Shown: positions 1 through 9,893 of the stretch, piece after piece
How the letters are laid out: the number at the start of each line of letters is the position of its first letter
How positions within the stretch are numbered: position 1 is the first letter of the stretch
Source of the DNA: Candidatus Poribacteria bacterium
GTDB lineage: Bacteria; Poribacteria; WGA-4E; WGA-3G
Length of the DNA: 64,000 bases
NCBI GenBank assembly: GCA_965215265.1
Contig: OZ244048.1
Coordinates: forward strand, 672,001 to 736,000
Direction: 5' to 3'
Position numbers and translations under genes: made by a program
The notes under the pieces: generated by a model
Told to the model about the DNA's origin: nothing
Seen by the model: the letters and a program-made list of their open reading frames with translations, nothing else
Database searches by the model: none

Positions 1-141
1 ACAAAGTTACGAATATCTAAAACAATTTTGTGAAGCGTAGATAAGGAAGACTCAGCGACTTCGTAGCAGCATTGCGACGGGGAAGCCGAAAACTGAAATT
101 CTATATCCTTTGAAGTACATCGATGATATGAGAAAATAACT

Positions 142-1656
142 ATGAACCGAGAACGTCCCAATATCCTCATCATCACAACTGATCAGCAGCGCACCGACAG
201 CCTTAGTTGCTATGGTGCGTCATTCACTGATACCCCCCATCTGGATCGGCTGGCGGCTGAAGGGATCTGTTTTGAACGGGCGTATTGTACCAATCCGGTA
301 TGCACGCCTACCCGTGCCTCCATTTTTTCAGGACGGTACGTCAGCCGCCACGGTGCGTGGAACGTCGGCATGAATGTTCCAGACGATGAAGTGATGATTT
401 CACACCGGCTCGCCAAGATAGGGTATCGAACGCACTATATCGGCAAGGCACATTTTCAACCGTTCGGGGCACCACCGGCGCAGTCAGTCGAGGCACGCGC
501 GGATACGACGCGCTATCCTGAATTCCGGGGACCTTATTACGGATTTGAGACAGTGGAATTGGCACTCGGCCATGCAACCTACGGCATCGCCGGACACTAC
601 GGCGAATGGGTAAAATCGCAAGTTCCCGAGGAGACCTTCGCGGGTTATACCAAAGCGACACGTCTTGCACAGAGAGGCTTTGGGGGAGAAGCGTTCGATT
701 GGGAACTGCCGCTCAAATACCACAATAGCATCTGGACAGCCGACCGCACGATAGATTTTCTGAAGAACCGTGAGACAGACCTGCCGTTTCTTTTGGCGGT
801 GGGTTTTCAGGATCCGCATCATCCGCACTGCGTCCCGACCGAATTTGCGGAACGCGTTGATGCTGCACAGGTTCCACTCCCGGATTTCGTTGATGGCGAA
901 TTGGACGATAAACCGCCACACTTCTTGGCGGCGCGATGCGGTGAACTTGAAAAATTAGAAACCCGCGGTAAGTTTTCCATCGCAGGACAAGGTAGCGGGG
1001 CAGATTTTCGCGAAGTCACCGAAGCCGACGCACGATTGGGTAGGGCATATTATTACAACATGGTGAAAATCATTGACACCCAAATGGGACGTATTCTGGA
1101 GTGTCTGCATACATGCGGACTGACTGAAAACACGTTGGTAATTTTCACCACAGACCATGGCGAATTGCTCGGTGACCATGGATTGTGGATGAAAGGACCT
1201 TTCCATTATGAACAACTGATTCGGGTGCCTCTACTAATGCGTTTTCCGGAAGCGATCCCGGGCGGTCAACGCACACAAACGTTGTTCAGCCATGTCGATA
1301 TTGTGCCTACAATTCTGGCTGCCATCGGAGAAACTCCTCCAACAGTTACTGATGGGATAAACGCTTTGCCTCTGTTCAACGGACAGCAGAAAACTCATAG
1401 GGATTCCGTGCTGGTTGAATGTGTCGATGATCCGAGCGGCTTGCGGCTTAAAACCGTTGTCACAGACACCCGGAAACTGACATGGTATTGTGGGCAGGAA
1501 TATGGTGAACTCTACGATCTGGAGAAGGATCCGGGAGAATGCATTAATCAGTGGAGCAATCCGGCTTATGCAATTGATAAAACAGAGCTTCTCGCAGCGA
1601 TTCTTGAGGTGATGGAACCTTTGGAGAAAAGGGTTGAGCGATTGTCGTATGCATAA
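142..1656 (+). CDS. Sulfatase (Cys-type, arylsulfatase/choline-sulfatase-like)
   Basis: N-terminal PNILIITTDQ, signature CTPTRASIFSGRY (CxPxR), GKAH, TTDHG..GDHG, ELYDLEKDPGE. Confidence 0.93.
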   Translation: MNRERPNILIITTDQQRTDSLSCYGASFTDTPHLDRLAAEGICFERAYCTNPVCTPTRASIFSGRYVSRHGAWNVGMNVPDDEVMISHRLAKIGYRTHYIGKAHFQPFGAPPAQSVEARADTTRYPEFRGPYYGFETVELALGHATYGIAGHYGEWVKSQVPEETFAGYTKATRLAQRGFGGEAFDWELPLKYHNSIWTADRTIDFLKNRETDLPFLLAVGFQDPHHPHCVPTEFAERVDAAQVPLPDFVDGELDDKPPHFLAARCGELEKLETRGKFSIAGQGSGADFREVTEADARLGRAYYYNMVKIIDTQMGRILECLHTCGLTENTLVIFTTDHGELLGDHGLWMKGPFHYEQLIRVPLLMRFPEAIPGGQRTQTLFSHVDIVPTILAAIGETPPTVTDGINALPLFNGQQKTHRDSVLVECVDDPSGLRLKTVVTDTRKLTWYCGQEYGELYDLEKDPGECINQWSNPAYAIDKTELLAAILEVMEPLEKRVERLSYA

Positions 1657-1835
1657 TTCGACAGTACATTAATAACTCTCACTTTATTAGAGTTAACTTA
1701 GATAAGATGAGTTGGCAGTATCTACGATTTAAGTTCTTGTATTGCTTGACTTTTTTCTGCATTAGGGTTAATATTAAAACCAAAATTTGCACACACAAAT
1801 TGCTGAGTGAAAGCCACTCTGGCAAGGAAGACTCA

Positions 1836-3128
1836 ATGCAAAACCTGCTGAAAATAGAATCCATCAAACTACGACTACACCGAAGAAACAGAGTCTCTGT
1901 TCTTGTCAGTGCATTTTGCAAATTCACTGCCATCATATTTTGTCTGTGTTGTCCACACTTTGGACATGCGGCGGATGTTGCCCCAGAGGTTCATAGCCGT
2001 TACGTGCAGCACGTGGAACAAGGATTTATTCACCTATTTCAAGGCGATAACCAAGGGGCGATCGCTGCATTTGAGGCAGCTCTTGCTTTAGAACCCCAGC
2101 ACTTTGAGATCTTACACTATCTCGGAATGGCTTATGCAGAAGAAGAATTCTGGAACAAAGCACTGGGGGCTTACGAACGCTCCTTAGCAACGGGGCAAGC
2201 CCAAATTAATGAAAAGAAAATTGAAGTACTTTATTCCCTCGGTGTTGTCTACTTCAAACTTGACAAATGGGATAAGGCTGTAGATGTGTTAAAACAGGTT
2301 GTAACGCTTTCACCCGAACATGCACGTGGGTACGAGGTACTCGGGAAAGCACAGGTGAAACTTCGTCAGTATTTAACAGCGGTTGACAGTTTAACACAAG
2401 CCCTTGCCCTAAAGCCTCATGCTGCAGGCATCTACCAAGAGCTTGGAACTGCTTATCTCAATTTAAAGGCATATCCGGAAGCGATAGAAAACTTCAACAA
2501 TGCCATCAAATACGGACCTCCGCGCTACGCAGAACCGCACTATGGACTCGGCACGGCATATCTGCGATTGGGAGATCTAGAGAAAAGCAGATCTGAAATG
2601 CTCATATTTCAGCAGCTCCAAAAAGAGTTTGCTGAATACGAACGGCTCACCCGGCTCACGCGAGTAGAACCGGAGAATTTAGAGGGCTGGGCGGGGTTGG
2701 CAAAACTATTGATGAACCAAAAGAACTATGGCGAAGCGGTGCGTGTGTTACAAAAGTGTCTTGAACTTGCGCCCAACAATCCAAATTTTTATCACGGACT
2801 GAGCCAAGCGTTTATCAACCTTAACTACCCTAAGCTTGCACAAGAAGCAGCGCGGAAAGCACTCGAATTGGTTGAGACGCAACCTAAGTCTACTCCTCCG
2901 GATGTATTAGCCGTTCTCTATAATACCCTCGGTAGTACTTATGCAATGCAAGGAGATGTGCCACAGGCGATAAATGCCTTCCGAAAAGCAGTTGAATTTG
3001 ATGGAGAACAACCGTATTATCATCTTAACCTCTCAAAATTGTACCAGAGCCTCGGCAAGCATGAACTCGCGCAAGAGCATTATCGCGCTTATGAACACTA
3101 TAAATCGGTTGCTTCGGATAAACGGTAA
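1836..3128 (+). CDS. Tetratricopeptide-repeat protein, probably exported
   Basis: Many TPR units (e.g. YSLGVVYFKLDKWDKA, YNTLGSTYAMQG); ATG 1836 follows AAGGAAG; hydrophobic segment ending HAA near the N-terminus. Start uncertain (ORF opens at 1707). Confidence 0.85.
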   Translation: MQNLLKIESIKLRLHRRNRVSVLVSAFCKFTAIIFCLCCPHFGHAADVAPEVHSRYVQHVEQGFIHLFQGDNQGAIAAFEAALALEPQHFEILHYLGMAYAEEEFWNKALGAYERSLATGQAQINEKKIEVLYSLGVVYFKLDKWDKAVDVLKQVVTLSPEHARGYEVLGKAQVKLRQYLTAVDSLTQALALKPHAAGIYQELGTAYLNLKAYPEAIENFNNAIKYGPPRYAEPHYGLGTAYLRLGDLEKSRSEMLIFQQLQKEFAEYERLTRLTRVEPENLEGWAGLAKLLMNQKNYGEAVRVLQKCLELAPNNPNFYHGLSQAFINLNYPKLAQEAARKALELVETQPKSTPPDVLAVLYNTLGSTYAMQGDVPQAINAFRKAVEFDGEQPYYHLNLSKLYQSLGKHELAQEHYRAYEHYKSVASDKR

Positions 3129-3936
3129 GAACCCGTTCGTCTATCTTTTCATTTTAGGCATCTTTTGGGGGATATTTGTCCTTAACGAAGGCGGCGTTGG
3201 TAATCCGCCTGCTTCTGGAACAGAGACAGACGAGTTCATTCTGGTCCCTGCTGGTACCTTTACGATGGGGAATGATAGACGTGCCGCTGACGAGAGACCT
3301 GCCCATAAAGTCTACCTTAATGCTTATTACATTAGTAAATATGAGGTAACGAATGCGCAATATTATAAGTTTTGGAAAGAAAATCCTACTCACGAAAATA
3401 CACCGGAGCACTTTACGCATCTCCGCCATATCGGTGAGTGGCCCGCGCGGGCGCAGCAATTTCCGAATTATCCAGTGGTCGGTGTCTCGTGGTACGCCGC
3501 GAAAGCGTACGCAGACTGGAAAGGGATGCGGCTCCCAACGGAATCAGAATGGGAGAAGGCGGCTCGCGGTTACACCGATAGAACGTGGCCCTGGGGTAAT
3601 GCCATGGAACCTAATGCCAATACTAACGCTAACGATGATGGCTATCGAAACCAACTCGCACCGGTAGGGAGTTTTCCTAAAGGGAAGAGTTACTACGGGG
3701 TACTGGATATGGCTGGCAACGTATGGGAATGGACCGCGGATTGGTACAGCGATGTTTACTATTTCCATAGCCCTAAGCAGAACCCAAAAGGACCTGATGT
3801 CGGAAGCTGGCGGGTTATCCGAGGCGGTTCGTGGATAGATACCCTCACCCGATGTAGTACCACCTTTCGGTTTTACCTCTATCCCAGTTTGAAGACATCT
3901 TTTGTCGGGTTTCGGTTAGCCAAAACAGACAAATAA
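3091..3936 (+). CDS. FGE-sulfatase domain protein (SUMF1/EgtB/PvdO family)
   Basis: GTFTMG, ERPAHKV, YEVTNAQY, RLPTESEWEKAARG, DMAGNVWEWTAD, RGGSW, GFRL; N-terminal hydrophobic anchor; start uncertain. Confidence 0.88.
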   Translation: MNTINRLLRINGKNPFVYLFILGIFWGIFVLNEGGVGNPPASGTETDEFILVPAGTFTMGNDRRAADERPAHKVYLNAYYISKYEVTNAQYYKFWKENPTHENTPEHFTHLRHIGEWPARAQQFPNYPVVGVSWYAAKAYADWKGMRLPTESEWEKAARGYTDRTWPWGNAMEPNANTNANDDGYRNQLAPVGSFPKGKSYYGVLDMAGNVWEWTADWYSDVYYFHSPKQNPKGPDVGSWRVIRGGSWIDTLTRCSTTFRFYLYPSLKTSFVGFRLAKTDK

Positions 3937-3945
3937 ACACTGATT

Positions 3946-5712
3946 ATGGTAAAGAAGCCTCCCGGTTCACGAGCGAATAGCCAGTTCATCAACAAACAGC
4001 GAACGAATACCGCCGATTTGCACATATCTTGTATTCGGAACATGCCGTATCGCTTTCCTATACAAAAACCTAATTTTATATTCGTAATTGTCTTTCTGCT
4101 CTCGCAGTTCAATCTCTATAGCAGCACCACGCAACCCCCTATTTTCGTTGATATTACTGAAGAAGCTGGCATCCATTTCAGACATACAAATGGGAAAAGT
4201 GAACATAAACATATCATTGAGACGATGGGCTCTGGTGTCGTCTTTTTTGATTATGATAACGACGGTGATGCTGATCTCTATTTTGTTAACAGTGGCAACT
4301 CTATTCCTGGCGATAAGCAGAAGGATACTCAGAACCCTAACGTTCTCTATCGCAACGACGGAGATGGAAGTTTCACAGATGTCACTGCGAGCACAGGAAC
4401 TGGGGATACAGGTTACGGCATGGCTGCCGCGGCTGCGGATATTGATAATGATGATGATGCCGACCTCTACGTTGCCAACTTTGGCGAGGATACACTTTAT
4501 AGAAATAACGGCAACGGAACATTTACAGATATAACTGAATCCGCAGGCATCAATAACCGACTCTGGGGAATCGCTGTTGTTTATCTCGATTTTGATCTGG
4601 ATGCCGATTTGGATATTTTCGTAGTTAATTATCTGGTTTATGAGACATCTATGCCTGTTTCAACCTATAAAGGGATTATCGGATACGGGCATCCGCGGAG
4701 TTATGAGGGAACTGCAGATGTACTTTACCGAAACAACGGCGATGGCACCTTTACCGATGTTGCCGAAGCTGCCGGCCTGATGAACACTACCGAAGGGCGT
4801 GGAATGGGTGCAGTCGCATGCGATTATGATAACGATGGATTTCCTGATATTTATGTTACCAACGATACCAATCGCAATTTTTTGTATCGAAACAATGGCG
4901 ATGGCACCTTCACCGATGAAAGCCTATTCATTGGAGGAGGCTATGATGAAAACGGCGTTGCTGAAGGGTCTATGGGTGTAGATTGCGGAGATTATAACCA
5001 GGACGGATGGCTAGACCTGATCGTTGCCAATTCTGAGAAGGCAACCCTTTATAAAAACGAGGACGGAATTCTGTTTGTTGACGCAACAGCGCAGGCAGCC
5101 CTGCATCAACCTACACTTCCGTTTGTCGGTTTTAGTCCACTTTTTTTAGATTACGATAACGACGGACACTTGGACATCTTCTGTGCAAATGGACATCCAC
5201 AAGATGTTATCGAAATCTTGACGGACCACGAGACTTATGCACAGCGAGATCAGATTTTTCACAACAACGGAGACGGCACCTATACCGATGTGTCAGAAAC
5301 CGCCGGCGATTATTTTACAGAGGTGTTTGTCGGTCGGGCAGCCGCCTCTGCAGATTATGATAAAGACGGAGATATCGACATCGTCGTCATGAATTCTAAC
5401 CAACGTCCTATTCTTCTCCGAAATGACGGAGGCAATCGTCAGAATTGGATCAGTATTGAACTTGTCGGGACACTGAGTAATCGCGACGGCATCGGTGCCA
5501 AGGTTTCCCTCACAACAGGGTCTGATCAGGCAATCTCTATCGTCAAAAGCGGTTCCAGTTATGCATCAGGCAGCGATATCCGATTGCTATTTGGATTAGG
5601 CAGGCATCAAAATATTGAGCAGCTCACTGTTGTGTGGCCGAGCCGCATCACGCAAACGTTGGAAGGAGTAGCTGCCAATCAGAGTTTGACAATTTTAGAG
5701 AGTGTGCCCTAA
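3946..5712 (+). CDS. CRTAC1/ASPIC-UnbV family FG-GAP repeat protein
   Basis: Repeated DYDNDG.xDL and LYRNNGDGTFTD motifs; C-terminal SNRDGIGAKV..SGSSYAS..LLFGLG..VVWPS (UnbV-ASPIC); start may be 4042. Confidence 0.9.
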   Translation: MVKKPPGSRANSQFINKQRTNTADLHISCIRNMPYRFPIQKPNFIFVIVFLLSQFNLYSSTTQPPIFVDITEEAGIHFRHTNGKSEHKHIIETMGSGVVFFDYDNDGDADLYFVNSGNSIPGDKQKDTQNPNVLYRNDGDGSFTDVTASTGTGDTGYGMAAAAADIDNDDDADLYVANFGEDTLYRNNGNGTFTDITESAGINNRLWGIAVVYLDFDLDADLDIFVVNYLVYETSMPVSTYKGIIGYGHPRSYEGTADVLYRNNGDGTFTDVAEAAGLMNTTEGRGMGAVACDYDNDGFPDIYVTNDTNRNFLYRNNGDGTFTDESLFIGGGYDENGVAEGSMGVDCGDYNQDGWLDLIVANSEKATLYKNEDGILFVDATAQAALHQPTLPFVGFSPLFLDYDNDGHLDIFCANGHPQDVIEILTDHETYAQRDQIFHNNGDGTYTDVSETAGDYFTEVFVGRAAASADYDKDGDIDIVVMNSNQRPILLRNDGGNRQNWISIELVGTLSNRDGIGAKVSLTTGSDQAISIVKSGSSYASGSDIRLLFGLGRHQNIEQLTVVWPSRITQTLEGVAANQSLTILESVP

Positions 5713-5722
5713 TAGAGACAAC

Positions 5723-5758
5723 AAAAAGCCCGTATCCTGATATGGATACGGGCTTTTT
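5723..5758. terminator. Bidirectional rho-independent terminator
   Basis: AAAAAGCCCGTATCC-TGATAT-GGATACGGGCTTTTT perfect inverted repeat between convergent genes. Confidence 0.88.
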
Positions 5759-5777
5759 AGGCTGAGAAACTCACCAA

Positions 5778-6503
5778 TTATTTCCGCTTGATATCCGCCC
5801 AGCGAACTGCGAGTTTGTCTTTCGGTTCAACCGGGGTGAGAACATCTAAGAAAAGGTTATCTTGCGTAGGGGCAATTTTGAGATCTGTATCTGTCGGTTC
5901 AAAATGAAGGTTGACATAATCTGCCCCGCCGGATTCACCACATTTGAAGTGCAAAAAATTTTCGCCTTTTTTAAGGCTAATCTCAGTCGGCGTGGTGACT
6001 TCTCTAACACCCCCTGTCCAAGCGGAGTTGTCATAAACCTGTTCTCCGTTGAGCCAAATTTGTGCGTAATCATCGTGTGCAGGGTGCATGATGGTCGTCC
6101 GGTCATCCGGTGAGATGACGACGATAATCCCGTGCCATGTGATGTCCCTTGCATCAGTGATTCCGTGGCTAGTGGACAGGTTAGTCTGGTCTTCGGTGTT
6201 AATTGTCACAATAGACCAGGCGAGTGCCCCGCCGTTCTCAGTCTCAGATAGATCGACAATAATGTTGGCTGTTTTACCGGCACCCTCGCGTGTGGAAACC
6301 GAGGCGTTTGAAATCACACCGCCGGATCCTCTAGAGAGATAATCAATGCCGGCAGATATATCAAAACCACCGGTATTTGTCACCAGATCCAGCCCCCACC
6401 ACTTTTCAATCCAGGTATCTCCTGCTGGCTGCCAATTTTGTGCAAATGCCATCGGCGTGAAGACTAAACAGGCAATCGTCAGAAAGATTGCTAATCTTTT
6501 CAT
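5778..6503 (-). CDS. Secreted protein of unknown function (beta-sandwich-like) with C-terminal VEPKDKLAVRWADIK motif
   Basis: Sec signal MKRLAIFLTIACLVFTPMAFA; AAGGAG RBS; DDYAQIWLNGEQV..LKKGENFL jelly-roll-like segment. Confidence 0.8.
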   Translation of the reverse strand: MKRLAIFLTIACLVFTPMAFAQNWQPAGDTWIEKWWGLDLVTNTGGFDISAGIDYLSRGSGGVISNASVSTREGAGKTANIIVDLSETENGGALAWSIVTINTEDQTNLSTSHGITDARDITWHGIIVVISPDDRTTIMHPAHDDYAQIWLNGEQVYDNSAWTGGVREVTTPTEISLKKGENFLHFKCGESGGADYVNLHFEPTDTDLKIAPTQDNLFLDVLTPVEPKDKLAVRWADIKRK

Positions 6504-6893
6504 AGCTATGAAATCTCCTTATCTGTTAATTAGGACTCATGCCCAGCACTATTTGAGCAAGAAGCGCGCTTCTCAAAAGAACTATGCAGAGTCAAATTAG
6601 AACTAAATTTTCACTTTTAGTGATAGCAGTACTGCATGCAAATCACTCAATTGTCTGCTGACAGTTCCCCAAGTATAAACGGACATGGGGCTTCTGCAGC
6701 TTCGCGATTTTTCTCTTTCTAAAAAATGCGTATATCATATTATAGCACTTTTTGATAATAAAAGCAAGAAAAAATGAATCACGATTGATTATTCTCTTTT
6801 TAAGATAGCATGAAATACAAAATTTATCAATAATTAATATTCACTCAAAACGTGCCCGATGTCAAATAGATATAAAGCACTCAGCAAGAAAAT

Positions 6894-6922
6894 TTGACAT
6901 TTATACGAAATAGTGATAGGCT
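6894..6922 (+). promoter_or_regulatory. Sigma70-type promoter
   Basis: TTGACA-17 bp-TAGGCT with extended -10 TG, upstream of the 6978 gene. Confidence 0.5.
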
Positions 6923-6977
6923 ACAGTGTTAGAGATCAAAACCGAGCCTCCGGATACCTATAAAAAGGAGATATCTT

Positions 6978-7295
6978 ATGTATGTTATCATTGCCCCTAT
7001 TCAGATTAAAGAGGGCCACAGAGAAGATTTCATTGAAGCGATGTTAGACGACGCGAAAGGTTCTGTGAAGAATGAGCCGGGCTGCCTGAGGTTTGATGTA
7101 ATTCAGGACAGTTCCGACCTGAATAGAATCTGGCTGTACGAAGTCTATGTGGATGAGGCAGCATTTCAAGAGCATCTGAAAGCACCGCACTTCATTAAGT
7201 GGCGGGATACCGTCAAGGACTGGTTCGATCCGGGACCGAAGGGAGCTGGTGCTGGAAGTTCCAACATTTGGCCACCGGACGAAGACTGGAAGTGA
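6978..7295 (+). CDS. ABM-family putative quinol monooxygenase (LsrG-like)
   Basis: EPGCLRFDV, LYEVY.DEAAFQEHLKAPHF..W; AAGGAG RBS. Confidence 0.88.
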   Translation: MYVIIAPIQIKEGHREDFIEAMLDDAKGSVKNEPGCLRFDVIQDSSDLNRIWLYEVYVDEAAFQEHLKAPHFIKWRDTVKDWFDPGPKGAGAGSSNIWPPDEDWK

Positions 7296-7327
7296 GGTTG
7301 TTATCCTATTGATTTAAACGTTTTTTG

Positions 7328-7352
7328 AAAGGGCGAGGTTGCTTCGCCCTTT
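7328..7352. terminator. Rho-independent terminator
   Basis: AAAGGGCGAGG-TTG-CTTCGCCCTTT hairpin between convergent genes, T-rich downstream. Confidence 0.7.
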
Positions 7353-7439
7353 GCGTTTTTTTAGGCATCTCGTGATACAATTTTTTAGCAGCTGCACCGT
7401 GGCGGATGTAATGCAGCCTAAATTGAAGAAATTAGTATC

Positions 7440-8192
7440 TCACCCTGCCGTAACCGGGTTCTTAAGGGTCCCGATGCCTTCAATTTCAACTTCAGCGACA
7501 TCGCCAACTTTCAAAGCAGTTGTTGTACCGGGTGTACCAGTGAAGACTGCGTCGCCGGGTTCCAAGGTTATTGCTTGTGAGATGAAACTGATAATTGTTG
7601 GTACGGGGAAAATCAGGTCTGCGGTTGTCTGTGCTTGGACAATTTCGCCGTTGATACGCGTCTGCAATTGTGCGTCGGTGTAGTCCACATCGGTTGCAAT
7701 AACGGGCCCGATCGGTCCGAAGGTATCAGATGCCTTTGCACGCCACCACTGCAAATCGTTGCTCTGCCATGTACGTGCACTGACATCGTTTCCGCAGGTT
7801 ACGCCGAGGATATTTGCGGCGGCTTCTTCCGGGGCCGCCTTCCGTGTCCGCGTCTTGATGATGACCACGAGTTCGCCTTCGGCGTGAACATCATCATCCC
7901 CCTCCGGCAGGACAATCTCACCCCCCGGATTATTAATACAAGATGGCGTTTTTATGAAGATTTCCGGATTTTGGGGTTCTGGCTGTCCACCCAAATGACT
8001 GCGATAATTGAGCCCAACAGCCAATACTTTTGAAGGGGTTACCGGTGCCAGAAGCTTGACATCTACTAATGCAACGGTGTCCCCGGTTTCGCTATATTCA
8101 CCAAGTGGGCATCCTGATAAGACACGCAAGTTTTCTCCATCAACAATGCCGTAACCTACTGTTTCATCTAATGCATATCGTGCAAATTTCAT
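7440..8192 (-). CDS. Fumarylacetoacetate hydrolase family protein
   Basis: VGLNYRSH, EGELVVII, GNDVSAR, KASDTFGPIGP, TLEPGDAVFTGTPG. Confidence 0.92.
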   Translation of the reverse strand: MKFARYALDETVGYGIVDGENLRVLSGCPLGEYSETGDTVALVDVKLLAPVTPSKVLAVGLNYRSHLGGQPEPQNPEIFIKTPSCINNPGGEIVLPEGDDDVHAEGELVVIIKTRTRKAAPEEAAANILGVTCGNDVSARTWQSNDLQWWRAKASDTFGPIGPVIATDVDYTDAQLQTRINGEIVQAQTTADLIFPVPTIISFISQAITLEPGDAVFTGTPGTTTALKVGDVAEVEIEGIGTLKNPVTAG

Positions 8193-8781
8193 ACAGGATC
8201 TCCTTTTTGCTTTTTCCTTTTTCCATGGTACCTTGATTCTAAAATCGTGTCAATGAAAATTGTGCATTTTTTTTAGGGCAATTTTGTTCTACGGTAACAA
8301 CGGGCTCCAAATTTTAAAGGATGCACCCACAGAGCCCGACATGCATCATCCTTAATTTGGATAAAGGACCATACGGACGAAGGAAACAGGTTCGTAATAG
8401 AGTGATTTATCGCCTTTTACAGTTTCGCCGTTTCGCGGGGCCGAGCGCACCGTTAGTTTGTCTGAATTAGGATTCACAAGATTCGCGGATTTTCAGGGGA
8501 AGAGGGTTCTCTGAACTTGATATACTACAAGCGGATAGAATAGGTTGCTCCCCGCACAATGTCTTCATCGCCGCGTCTGGGTTGTTTGATAGAAACTACT
8601 GAAAACTTGCAAACAGTAGTTTGGCCAGACTTCTGCACGGTGAATTCAACTCTCCCGAGACCACCACGCACCTTTTGACATGCACATTCCGATGACAACT
8701 CAGTGAATAGAACTAGCGGTGCACTCCGTTTAGATAAGCCGTTTCTCCTCAAAATCCGAAACTCAGAGAATACAACTACAC

Positions 8782-8810
8782 TTGACATTCCGCACAATAT
8801 GTATTAAAAT
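8782..8810 (+). promoter_or_regulatory. Sigma70-type promoter of argC-lpxB-lpxK
   Basis: TTGACA-17 bp-TAAAAT, 36 bp before the argC ATG. Confidence 0.65.
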
Positions 8811-8846
8811 TGGTATAGAGTCTATAAAAAGATACGGAAAATATAG

Positions 8847-9890
8847 ATGATAAAAATTGGAGTTGTCGGTGCATCGGGGTACAGCGGGAGCGAATTATTG
8901 CGGTTCCTTGTCAACCATCCAGAACCACTTGAGGTAACACTTTGCACGTCTGAAAGTTACACAGGGCAGAAAGTCGAGAGCGTGCTACCCCACCTGCGCG
9001 GTTTCGTCAACCTTGAATTTGAACGCTTGGAACTCGATTCCTTGAAGACACGCGTAGATGTCGTGGTGCTGGCGGTACCACATAAGGTCGCCATGTCATT
9101 CGTACCGCATATTCTCGCGCAAGGATTACGAATTATTGATTTTAGTGCAGATTATCGCTTACGAGATGTTGACACATATAGGGCGTGGTACCACGTAGAA
9201 CACACGAGCCCAGAACTGACATCCGAGGCGGTTTACGGCTTACCGGAACGTTACCGTGATACCATCCGCAAGACGAGATTGGTTGCGAATCCGGGTTGCT
9301 ATCCGACGAGTGCTATTCTGGCGACGCTGCCGCTACTTGACCAAGACATGGTGGAATTGGATACGCTAATTGTCGATGCGAAGTCCGGTATCTCCGGTGC
9401 AGGTCCAAAACCGCGCGATACAACACACTACCCGAATCGCGATGCTAACTTTGTTGCATATAACCTGGGGGCACATCGGCATACCCCGGAAATCGAGCAG
9501 GAATTAGGTGCGGTCGTTGGGGAGCCTGTCTGTGTCACATTCAGTCCACACCTTGTTCCGATGACCCGCGGTATCCTCAGTACAGTTTACGCACGCCTGA
9601 AACAAGAGATGTCGACTGAAGCCTTACTGGAATTATACGCTCGGTTTTATGAAAACGAACCTTTTGTTCGCGTGCTGCCGCCGGGTGAATATCCACAGAC
9701 AAAAGCGGTGATGGGGAGCAACTATTGTGATGTTGGACTTGAAGTAGACAAGCGGACACGCCGTGTCTTAGCGATGTCAGCACTTGATAACCTCGGTAAA
9801 GGTGCAGCGGGTGCAGTTGTGCAAAACCTCAATCTAATGTTCGGTTTTGAGGAGAGTGCCGGGCTTAAAGTACCGGGGTTGATGCCTTAG
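8847..9890 (+). CDS. argC: N-acetyl-gamma-glutamyl-phosphate reductase
   Basis: GASGYSG, DFSADYRL, ANPGCYPT, SGISGAG, HRHTPEI, DNLGKGAAG. Confidence 0.96.
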   Translation: MIKIGVVGASGYSGSELLRFLVNHPEPLEVTLCTSESYTGQKVESVLPHLRGFVNLEFERLELDSLKTRVDVVVLAVPHKVAMSFVPHILAQGLRIIDFSADYRLRDVDTYRAWYHVEHTSPELTSEAVYGLPERYRDTIRKTRLVANPGCYPTSAILATLPLLDQDMVELDTLIVDAKSGISGAGPKPRDTTHYPNRDANFVAYNLGAHRHTPEIEQELGAVVGEPVCVTFSPHLVPMTRGILSTVYARLKQEMSTEALLELYARFYENEPFVRVLPPGEYPQTKAVMGSNYCDVGLEVDKRTRRVLAMSALDNLGKGAAGAVVQNLNLMFGFEESAGLKVPGLMP

Positions 9891-9893
9891 AAA

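Noticed and set aside
2-40. 3' end of an upstream gene (QSYEYLKQFCEA*)
   Set aside because: Too short to support a call.
1707-1835. Longer N-terminal extensions from the ORF track (also for ggt, AKR, nitrilase, DUF499, DUF1552, aminopeptidase)
   Set aside because: Downstream ATGs have better RBSs and match family N-termini.
4240-5400. Recurrent AACAACGGCGATGGCACCTT-like DNA repeats as a CRISPR or tandem array
   Set aside because: They are codons of FG-GAP protein repeats with irregular spacing inside a CDS.
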